Origin: Paragordius varius
Lineage: Eukaryota > Animalia > Nematomorpha
DNA: 64,000 nucleotides
Assembly: GCA_964247055.1 (NCBI GenBank)
Contig: OZ176055.1
Span: 6,138,001-6,202,000, forward strand
Reading direction: 5' to 3'
Position 1 is the first letter of the stretch. Every line of letters begins with the position of its first letter. This document shows positions 1-12,000 of this stretch, piece after piece. The translations under genes were made by a program, and so were the position numbers. The notes beneath the pieces are model-generated. The model made no database searches. It saw only the letters and a list, made by a program, of their open reading frames with translations, and was not told where the DNA came from.

Positions 1-3000
1 GAGATTCTCCGTGGTTCGTTAAAATTGGCAAAGGATTAAAAATTGTATCAGTAGACCTGCGCATAACATATTATATTTTTCGTAAAATTTATACAATATT
101 ATATATTAATGGTTATTTAATTGATTATTGATTATGACGAATCCATAACTGCTTAAAAAACGAAGGATAATACTAGTTTATTTTATAATTTCCTAAAAAA
201 GACCAAATTCAATCAAAATATTCAAAACTTGTATCAATATACCTCTAAATTTTATTAAAACACAGAAAAGGCAAACTAGTTTAGAAATAGCATAATTTTT
301 AATGTTACTCCTATAAAATAATAACTAAAACATAAAGGGGTTATGATACGGATAGCATGTTTTCCCCAATAACGTATAAAAAATTTATTTAACTATTTTT
401 TAGGTTTGGTTTTTTTATTTATTAATTTACAAATGAGTTAAGATGAGTGAATTAAAATTTTTTAAAATAAGTTTCAATAAATTCTAGTTCAATACATTAA
501 GGCACACAACTTTAAAAAATTATATAAAGCCAGTTATGAAACTGCTTTATTTCGGTATGTATATATTGCCGTTTACCGTGTAAAAAAATTCTTAAAATTC
601 CCGAAACATTTATAAACTATCAAAAAATTATACAAATAACAACGTTTTAATTGAAAAATTATTTGCCTTTATATAAATAAAGAAAATTACAGATTAATGT
701 AAAATCCCTTTCTGCAGGCTGTAATGTGATACACCTTTTCCTCTATAGTTGTTACAGTAAGATAGGCTAAATCTCCTATAAACCATTCATAAACAATATA
801 AATATATATTAAATATAAAAGCAAAAAAAATAAAACAAATTTTATGATTTATGGGAAAAATAATTTTTATATATAAAAAAAATTAGCTAAATAATAAATA
901 TTTTGTTTAACCTCTGTACCTTTTAATTTGCGTTGTGAGGGAGGTGGGTTCCATTGATTAAAATGAACTGATCTTAAGCATGGGATATGCTGTAATTTGT
1001 ATTAAAAATTATATTAATTGTCGCAAAATATTAATAACGTGTTGAGGGTAAAGTCAAATTAAAGTTCGACGCAAATTTAAATTTTATTTTTAACATAAAT
1101 TAGGTTTTTTAATTAATTTAATAATATACAGTAGCTGTGGTAAAAAACACCAAGGTTGCATATTTCAACAAATTTTCCCTTATAAATTTAAATTTATTGG
1201 TTTTTTACTAATGGACAAACTATTTAACTAATATACGGTACTGTAATTATTTGTTTTAGCCGTGATTTTATCCGCTTAATAAATAATATAATTATTAACA
1301 TCATTGCAAAATATGCCACCATAATCTGTACAAATTATATAATTTGCAAATTTTACACAAATTCTCTTATATAACACATAAAACGATCTTTCATTCTTTG
1401 CCGTAAGAAATATATAAACCACCAAAACAACATGATAATGAATAAACCTTTTCTTTAAGATTAACCGGATGAAGTGGTAATAACCTAATCTCTTTACTGT
1501 TTTGTGGGTCGTTTTTACTAGTTTGATTGGAGGTTTTTTGAGTATTTGATAAATTATCTCCATGATGTGCAACTATTAGAATATCGGGCGAAGGTAAAAG
1601 ACTTTCCTCTGTAGTTTGGGTCGCGATAGGTGTATGCAAAAGTTTAATCATATTTTGTTTCTCCAAATGTTCTATCATTTATAAACATATATATGTAAAA
1701 AAATCTTTTTTGCTATGTATATAACAGGACTTGGAACCCGAGTCTAAATTTTGAACCGGTTCTAACACGATTTTTAAAAATTTTAACTGGTTACGGTTCT
1801 TGCACTTTACGTTTTTTTCGATTCTAAAGTTTTTATAAAATCGAATTTCCGGTTCTCATCGTGGAACAACGCCTGGTTTCAGGCCTTGGTTTATAACTAA
1901 AGAGTGCAGAATCCCTGATATCTAAATACAGCAAAAGGTTATTAATCAAACAGTCATTATCGTTGGTTTTATGGATTTAATTGGTTAATAATCATAATTA
2001 TACATTTAGAAGATTACCCATTAAAAAACCATTATAACCAATAATATGGATGTTTACTGCATTATAAAATAAATATATGTTATTGTATAGTACTGATCAA
2101 TAAAAATATATAAATTCACTATTGGTTCAAAAGTATATAATATCATTATTATTTTAAAAGTTTTAATCAAATTAAAAAATAAATTACATTAAATTAGATG
2201 GCCAATCAACCTCGCCTGTACTAAAAAGTTGTTTAATCATAAAAGTTCATTTTGCCTTATATTATTAATACTATGGAAAGCGAAAAATATGTGAGTGAAG
2301 AGCTACTATATATTAATAATAATACATTAAAACAGATCACATTAATATGTCCAAACATCACAGATTCAAAAAAATTGGCATTACATAATACAGTAAAGAC
2401 AACTATATTGTTGGCCATTTCGGTATTTTAATTGGCTAAAATGGAACACATGTCTGTTGTCATGTATGAGATTTTTGGTTTTTTTAGTTATCTGTTCCTT
2501 AAATTATGAGTACAGTGTTTAAAAAGATATGTTATTAACACTTCGATTCAAATTGGGTATCGCCCCAGACAGTTGATATTTCAAAAAATATATTGAAAGA
2601 AACGACTATCATATAAAATTGTATATATAAGCTGTAATGTCTAAATAAATTTAGTTTGGAAAAAGAAATTTCCTTTCAAATTGCTTGGACGCCATTTTTA
2701 TTTTCCAACATTTTCGCAAAAGGTGGTGTTTATTGTATTTTAAAGCTAAAATTAAAGCTATTTTTTTGTTTTTATCATATCTAACATTTATATAAAGAGA
2801 AAAAGTGGTTGTATAATTTTTAAATTTAGCTAATACACACATGTCATATTGACTAAATTTTTACCTTTGGGTTTTACCTAAAAATAATTAATATCAAGTA
2901 TTTTTAAATGATTTTTTTCTATTTCGGTTCATTAATGTTATATAAGTGCAAACCCTTATCATAGTTTCAATTCATTCCATATTTTTTGAAGTATATAATT

Positions 3001-6000
3001 TTAAACAAATCTGGGGTATCTAAGGACCCCACTTTGATACGACGTGTGTTGTATCCAAAAATTAATAGAATGTAAAATTTCAGACATACAGAATTAAATC
3101 CGTTTTTATCCATTCAAAATACAGAAATGGTCAATAGTAGCTCTCGTTATTGTATACAATACTTTTACTTTGTTATATTGGTACACATCACATCAGAGAA
3201 ATCCTAATAATCTTTTTACGTTTTGGTTATCGATAAAATGGTAATATACCATAGAAGTACTTTTGTTTTATAGTTTGGACTCAGAGAATAAATATAATTA
3301 CTCTTAATATTATAACTTATAATAATAATCGAATATAATGCTTATTACATATAAAGTCTAGTTGACTTGGGGATATTTTATAATCTCAAAGTTTTTAATT
3401 TTACAATATATAATACAATTTGTTTGCGATATAAAGTTAAATCACAAAAAAGAACATAAAATAAATTCAACTTATATATTATCATAAAACGACAAACATG
3501 AGACAAAAAACAATATCCTACCTATATTAAACGGTTGACATATTTATAATATAAACTACAAATTACTTTAATGAAAATTATTTTAAATTCATATTTTTAT
3601 TTTTGCAAAGGACAAATAAATATTGGAATCGCAAGGAAGGACAATTGGAAAATGATTTGAAAGATTAATCTATATATTTATAAAAATGGAAAATGCTGGC
3701 TTTGTGATCTGGTACAGGAAAACCGGTAGACCCAATCAAATCCAAATATCGAAAAAATATAATCATTAATAAATGTCCCGACAATAGCTTCGCCCTTTTT
3801 TTGAAATAGGCCCCCAGTTCGGGCCCACCCCGTATGAAAAACGGGTTTTTTTTGAAAACAGAAGTCCACAAAATCGTGTTTTTGAGACAATTTTCCGGAG
3901 AACGTGTTGGACCATTCAATTTCAAATATAATTTTTGTTTACTTATTTTCGATTGCGCTGAACATAGCCGAGCCACTTTTTTGATTTAGGCCCTCTTTTT
4001 ACCCGCTCCCCCCGTGAAATGCCACCTTTTTCAAAAAACAAAGTCCACAAAAATAATTTTTTAAATCGATTTTTCGCCCTAGGTATGAGACCGTAAAAAT
4101 TCAATAAAGATTCCACGTATTCCCTGTTAAAAGGCAAAAATTTTAGTCTACCGTTATTTGATGATAGCTGCTTGGTAAGGAGTTACCCGCTAAAAACTGA
4201 TTTTTCATATAACTTTGTGATCTGTTCCTGGAAAACCGGTGAAGCCATTCAAATCCAAACATCGAAAAAATTTAATCATTAATAAATGCCCCGACAATAG
4301 CTTCGCCCTTTTTTGGAATTAGGTCCCCAGTTTGGGCCCACCCCGTGTGAAAAATGGGTTAAGTCAATTTTTTGGAGAACGTGTTGGACCATTCAATTTC
4401 AAATATGATTTTTGTTTACTTATTTTCGATTGCGCCGAACATAGTCGAGTCACTTTTTTGATTTAGGCCCTATTTTTACACGCTACCCCCGTAAAATGCC
4501 ATTTTTTTCAAAAAAAACAAAGTCCACAAAAATAATTTTTTAAATCGATTTTTCGCCCTAGGTATGAGACTGTAAAAATTCGAGAAAGATTTTTCGTATT
4601 GCCTGTTAAAAGGCAAAAATTTTAGTCAAGCGTTTCTTTAATGATAGATGCTGAGTAAGGAGTATCTATCATATGTATAGCATGTTAAAAGATATATGGA
4701 TATTAATACATTATTTATCCTCATCTATATATTTATAAAAATGGAAAATGCTGGCTTTGTGATCTGGTACAGGAAAACCGGTAGACCCAATCAAATCCAA
4801 ATATCGAAAAAATATAATCATTAATAAATGTCCCGACAATAGCTTCGCCCTTTTTTTGAAATAGGCCCCCAGTTCGGGCCCACCCCGTATGAAAAACGGG
4901 TTTTTTTTGAAAACAGAAGTCCACAAAATCGTGTTTTTGAGACAATTTTCCGGAGAACGTGTTGGACCATTCAATTTCAAATATAATTTTTGTTTACTTA
5001 TTTTCGATTGCGCTGAACATAGCCGAGCCACTTTTTTGATTTAGGCCCTCTTTTTACCCGCTCCCCCCGTGAAATGCCACCTTTTTCAAAAAACAAAGTC
5101 CACAAAAATAATTTTTTAAATCGATTTTTCGCCCTAGGTATGAGACCGTAAAAATTCAATAAAGATTCCACGTATTCCCTGTTAAAAGGCAAAAATTTTA
5201 GTCTACCGTTTATTTGATGATAGCTGCTTGGTAAGGAGTTACCCGCTAAAAACTGATTTTTCATATAACTTTGTGATCTGTTCCTGGAAAACCGGTGAAG
5301 CCATTCAAATCCAAACATCGAAAAAATTTAATCATTAATAAATGCCCCGACAATAGCTTCGCCCTTTTTTGGAATTAGGTCCCCAGTTTGGGCCCACCCC
5401 GTGTGAAAAATGGGTTAAGTCAATTTTTTGGAGAACGTGTTGGACCATTCAATTTCAAATATGATTTTTGTTTACTTATTTTCGATTGCGCCGAACATAG
5501 TCGAGTCACTTTTTTGATTTAGGCCCTCTTTTTACCCGCTACCCCCGTAAAATGCCATTTTTTTCAAAAAAAAACAAAGTCCACAAAAATATTTTTTTGA
5601 TTGTATTTTTTTGTCCACGGTATGAGACTGTAAAAATTCGAGAAAGATTTTTCGTATTGCCTGTTAAAAGGCAAAAATTTTAGTCAAGCGTTTCTTTGAT
5701 GATAGATGCTGAGTAAGGAGTATCTATCATATGCATAGCATGTTAAAAGATATATGGATATTAATACATTACACTAGACAACAAATTTTAACTTTTTTTA
5801 ACAGCCATTCTTGTAAATTTAAAATTTATTTCATTAAAGTACATAATTAGTATATCTGAAAAGAAAATTGGTCTTACATGAAAGAATTTTTTTATATTAG
5901 AGTTTATCGATAATTTTTGACCCCGATTTAACATTAAACTCGAAATTTCATAAATTTAAAGTTTTAGATATGAAGCCATGTATTTTATATCATTCGAAAG

Positions 6001-9000
6001 AGCGCAAAAAACTGCATCTTTTAAATGGTAGTAAGTCAATTAAATCCATCGGATGTAAAAGTTATTTGGATTTAAATGGTCAAAATTTTCAACCCTTAAA
6101 TAAGTCAGGAATTTTCACAGACAAACTAATTTTTAAATCATTTATTTAATATTATTATTAGGGTTATATTAGTATTTAATTTAAAAAAAATGTTTGGAAA
6201 AGCTTTTGGTTTGCTTTTTAAATAAAAATTATAATTATCATAAATATTTTACCTAGTGGATACTAAAATGCATAGTTATAACTGTAAATTTATTACATAA
6301 TGGCTATAAAAGATCAAAAATACCTTAAACTTTGTTTATATTTTTAAATTTTCGAAATTATCAGCCTTGTATAGAAAATAAATTAATATTGATGAGATGG
6401 TAATTTTTAAAAAACAAAAAACTTAAAAATGGCTGTTTTGAGTGACATAAAAGCAATAAAAAATGTTTTAATCAAAAAAAACTTTCTTGTGTTATCTTTT
6501 TTGGACATTCATCTCCATCTAAACAAAGTTTGAGCTATTTTCATCTATTAGTTTTAAAAATATTATAATTAAAAAAAATGCTCCCGCTTCGCGCGTTTGT
6601 CGCTCTTTGTGTCCAATATTAACTGTCGATGTAATACATATTAGTATACATTTTATAGAGTTTTTAATACTCTTTCGAATGATATATTACAAATGGGCAT
6701 TACTTATATACTTTCAAAGAAAAACATTTTTTAGTAAAATTTTGATAAAGAGGGCGCATAATCTAAAAAATCAAATTATACAAAATTCTTCCAACGAGTT
6801 ATAATTTTTATTTCAGATTTACTGTTAAAATGATATTAAATATCAAAAAATGCAAAAAACTCGAGTGGAGAAAAAATTTGTTGTCTAGTGTTATTTATCC
6901 TCATCTATATATTTATAAAAATGGAAAATGCTGGCTTTGTGATCTGGTACAGGAAAACCGGTAGACCCAATCAAATCCAAATATCGAAAAAATATAATCA
7001 TTAATAAATGTCCCGACAATAGCTTCGCCCTTTTTTTGAAATAGGCCCCCAGTTCGGGCCCACCCCGTATGAAAAACGGGTTTTTTTTGAAAACAGAAGT
7101 CCACAAAATCGTGTTTTTGAGACAATTTTCCGGAGAACGTGTTGGACCATTCAATTTCAAATATAATTTTTGTTTACTTATTTTCGATTGCGCTGAACAT
7201 AGCCGAGCCACTTTTTTGATTTAGGCCCTCTTTTTACCCGCTCCCCCCGTGAAATGCCACCTTTTTCAAAAAACAAAGTCCACAAAAATAATTTTTTAAA
7301 TCGATTTTTCGCCCTAGGTATGAGACCGTAAAAATTCAATAAAGATTCCACGTATTCCCTGTTAAAAGGCAAAAATTTTAGTCTACCGTTTATTTGATGA
7401 TAGCTGCTTGGTAAGGAGTTACCCGCTAAAAACTGATTTTTCATATAACTTTGTGATCTGTTCCTGGAAAACCGGTGAAGCCATTCAAATCCAAACATCG
7501 AAAAAATTTAATCATTAATAAATGCCCCGACAATAGCTTCGCCCTTTTTTGGAATTAGGTCCCCAGTTTGGGCCCACCCCGTGTGAAAAATGGGTTAAGT
7601 CAATTTTTTGGAGAACGTGTTGGACCATTCAATTTCAAATATGATTTTTGTTTACTTATTTTCGATTGCGCCGAACATAGTCGAGTCACTTTTTTGATTT
7701 AGGCCCTCTTTTTACCCGCTACCCCCGTAAAATGCCATTTTTTTCAAAAAAAAACAAAGTCCACAAAAATATTTTTTTGATTGTATTTTTTTGTCCACGG
7801 TATGAGACTGTAAAAATTCGAGAAAGATTTTTCGTATTGCCTGTTAAAAGGCAAAAATTTTAGTCAAGCGTTTCTTTGATGATAGATGCTGAGTAAGGAG
7901 TATCTATCATATGCATAGCATGTTAAAAGATATATGGATATTAATACATTATTTATCCTCATCTATATATTTATAAAAATGGAAAATGCTGGCTTTGTGA
8001 TCTGGTACAGGAAAACCGGTAGACCCAATCAAATCCAAATATCGAAAAAATATAATCATTAATAAATGTCCCGACAATAGCTTCGCCCTTTTTTTGAAAT
8101 AGGCCCCCAGTTCGGGCCCACCCCGTATGAAAAACGGGTTTTTTTTGAAAACAGAAGTCCACAAAATCGTGTTTTTGAGACAATTTTCCGGAGAACGTGT
8201 TGGACCATTCAATTTCAAATATAATTTTTGTTTACTTATTTTCGATTGCGCTGAACATAGCCGAGCCACTTTTTTGATTTAGGCCCTCTTTTTACCCGCT
8301 CCCCCCGTGAAATGCCACCTTTTTCAAAAAACAAAGTCCACAAAAATAATTTTTTAAATCGATTTTTCGCCCTAGGTATGAGACCGTAAAAATTCAATAA
8401 AGATTCCACGTATTCCCTGTTAAAAGGCAAAAATTTTAGTCTACCGTTTATTTGATGATAGCTGCTTGGTAAGGAGTTACCCGCTAAAAACTGATTTTTC
8501 ATATAACTTTGTGATCTGTTCCTGGAAAACCGGTGAAGCCATTCAAATCCAAACATCGAAAAAATTTAATCATTAATAAATGCCCCGACAATAGCTTCGC
8601 CCTTTTTTGGAATTAGGTCCCCAGTTTGGGCCCACCCCGTGTGAAAAATGGGTTAAGTCAATTTTTTGGAGAACGTGTTGGACCATTCAATTTCAAATAT
8701 GATTTTTGTTTACTTATTTTCGATTGCGCCGAACATAGTCGAGTCACTTTTTTGATTTAGGCCCTATTTTTACCCGCTACCCCCGTAAAATGCCATTTTT
8801 TTCAAAAAAAACAAAGTCCACAAAAATAATTTTTTAAATCGATTTTTCGCCCTAGGTATGAGACTGTAAAAATTCGAGAAAGATTTTTCGTATTGCCTGT
8901 TAAAAGGCAAAAATTTTAGTCAAGCGTTTCTTTAATGATAGATGCTGAGTAAGGAGTATCTATCATATGTATAGCATGTTAAAAGATATATGGATATTAA

Positions 9001-12000
9001 TACATTATTTATCCTCATCTATATATTTATAAAAATGGAAAATGCTGGCTTTGTGATCTGGTACAGGAAAACCGGTAGACCCAATCAAATCCAAATATCG
9101 AAAAAATATAATCATTAATAAATGTCCCGACAATAGCTTCGCCCTTTTTTTGAAATAGGCCCCCAGTTCGGGCCCACCCCGTATGAAAAACGGGTTTTTT
9201 TTGAAAACAGAAGTCCACAAAATCGTGTTTTTGAGACAATTTTCCGGAGAACGTGTTGGACCATTCAATTTCAAATATAATTTTTGTTTACTTATTTTCG
9301 ATTGCGCTGAACATAGCCGAGCCACTTTTTTGATTTAGGCCCTCTTTTTACCCGCTCCCCCCGTGAAATGCCACCTTTTTCAAAAAACAAAGTCCACAAA
9401 AATAATTTTTTAAATCGATTTTTCGCCCTAGGTATGAGACCGTAAAAATTCAATAAAGATTCCACGTATTCCCTGTTAAAAGGCAAAAATTTTAGTCTAC
9501 CGTTTATTTGATGATAGCTGCTTGGTAAGGAGTTACCCGCTAAAAACTGATTTTTCATATAACTTTGTGATCTGTTCCTGGAAAACCGGTGAAGCCATTC
9601 AAATCCAAACATCGAAAAAATTTAATCATTAATAAATGCCCCGACAATAGCTTCGCCCTTTTTTGGAATTAGGTCCCCAGTTTGGGCCCACCCCGTGTGA
9701 AAAATGGGTTAAGTCAATTTTTTGGAGAACGTGTTGGACCATTCAATTTCAAATATGATTTTTGTTTACTTATTTTCGATTGCGCCGAACATAGTCGAGT
9801 CACTTTTTTGATTTAGGCCCTATTTTTACCCGCTACCCCCGTAAAATGCCATTTTTTTCAAAAAAAACAAAGTCCACAAAAATAATTTTTTAAATCGATT
9901 TTTCGCCCTAGGTATGAGACTGTAAAAATTCGAGAAAGATTTTTCGTATTGCCTGTTAAAAGGCAAAAATTTTAGTCAAGCGTTTCTTTAATGATAGATG
10001 CTGAGTAAGGAGTATCTATCATATGTATAGCATGTTAAAAGATATATGGATATTAATACATTATTTATCCTCATCTATATATTTATAAAAATGGAAAATG
10101 CTGGCTTTGTGATCTGGTACAGGAAAACCGGTAGACCCAATCAAATCCAAATATCGAAAAAATATAATCATTAATAAATGTCCCGACAATAGCTTCGCCC
10201 TTTTTTTGAAATAGGCCCCCAGTTCGGGCCCACCCCGTATGAAAAACGGGTTTTTTTTGAAAACAGAAGTCCACAAAATCGTGTTTTTGAGACAATTTTC
10301 CGGAGAACGTGTTGGACCATTCAATTTCAAATATAATTTTTGTTTACTTATTTTCGATTGCGCTGAACATAGCCGAGCCACTTTTTTGATTTAGGCCCTC
10401 TTTTTACCCGCTCCCCCCGTGAAATGCCACCTTTTTCAAAAAACAAAGTCCACAAAAATAATTTTTTAAATCGATTTTTCGCCCTAGGTATGAGACCGTA
10501 AAAATTCAATAAAGATTCCACGTATTCCCTGTTAAAAGGCAAAAATTTTAGTCTACCGTTTATTTGATGATAGCTGCTTGGTAAGGAGTTACCCGCTAAA
10601 AACTGATTTTTCATATAACTTTGTGATCTGTTCCTGGAAAACCGGTGAAGCCATTCAAATCCAAACATCGAAAAAATTTAATCATTAATAAATGCCCCGA
10701 CAATAGCTTCGCCCTTTTTTGGAATTAGGTCCCCAGTTTGGGCCCACCCCGTGTGAAAAATGGGTTAAGTCAATTTTTTGGAGAACGTGTTGGACCATTC
10801 AATTTCAAATATGATTTTTGTTTACTTATTTTCGATTGCGCCGAACATAGTCGAGTCACTTTTTTGATTTAGGCCCTATTTTTACCCGCTACCCCCGTAA
10901 AATGCCATTTTTTTCAAAAAAAACAAAGTCCACAAAAATAATTTTTTAAATCGATTTTTCGCCCTAGGTATGAGACTGTAAAAATTCGAGAAAGATTTTT
11001 CGTATTGCCTGTTAAAAGGCAAAAATTTTAGTCAAGCGTTTCTTTAATGATAGATGCTGAGTAAGGAGTATCTATCATATGTATAGCATGTTAAAAGATA
11101 TATGGATATTAATACATTATTTATCCTCATCTATATATTTATAAAAATGGAAAATGCTGGCTTTGTGATCTGGTACAGGAAAACCGGTAGACCCAATCAA
11201 ATCCAAATATCGAAAAAATATAATCATTAATAAATGTCCCGACAATAGCTTCGCCCTTTTTTTGAAATAGGCCCCCAGTTCGGGCCCACCCCGTATGAAA
11301 AACGGGTTTTTTTTGAAAACAGAAGTCCACAAAATCGTGTTTTTGAGACAATTTTCCGGAGAACGTGTTGGACCATTCAATTTCAAATATAATTTTTGTT
11401 TACTTATTTTCGATTGCGCTGAACATAGCCGAGCCACTTTTTTGATTTAGGCCCTCTTTTTACCCGCTCCCCCCGTGAAATGCCACCTTTTTCAAAAAAC
11501 AAAGTCCACAAAAATAATTTTTTAAATCGATTTTTCGCCCTAGGTATGAGACCGTAAAAATTCAATATGGATTCCACGTATTCCCTGTTAAAAAGCAAAA
11601 ATTTTAGTCCACCGTTTATTTGATGATAGCTGCTGGGTAAGGAGCTACCCGCTAAAAACTGATTTTTCATATAACTTTGTGATCTGTTTCCGGAAAACCG
11701 GTGAAGCCATTCAAATCCAAATATCGAAAAAATATAATCATTAATGAATGCCCCGACAATAGCTTCGCCCTTTTTTGGAATTAGGTCCCCAGTTTGGGCC
11801 CACCCCGTGTGAAAAATGGGTTAAGTCAATTTTTTGGAGAACGTGTTGGACCATTCAATTTCAAATATGATTTTTGTTTACTTATTTTCGATTGCGCCGA
11901 ACATAGTCGAGTCACTTTTTTGATTTAGGCCCTATTTTTACCCGCTACCCCCGTAAAATGCCATTTTTTTCAAAAAAAACAAAGTCCACAAAAATAATTT

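Noticed and set aside
1224-1484. Two-TM protein obtainable by invoking 32- and 33-nt introns
   Set aside because: CLUH homology shows the exon ends at 1448 and splices to 989. This also shows that tiny GT-AG pairs arise by chance, so only frame- and homology-anchored cases were accepted.
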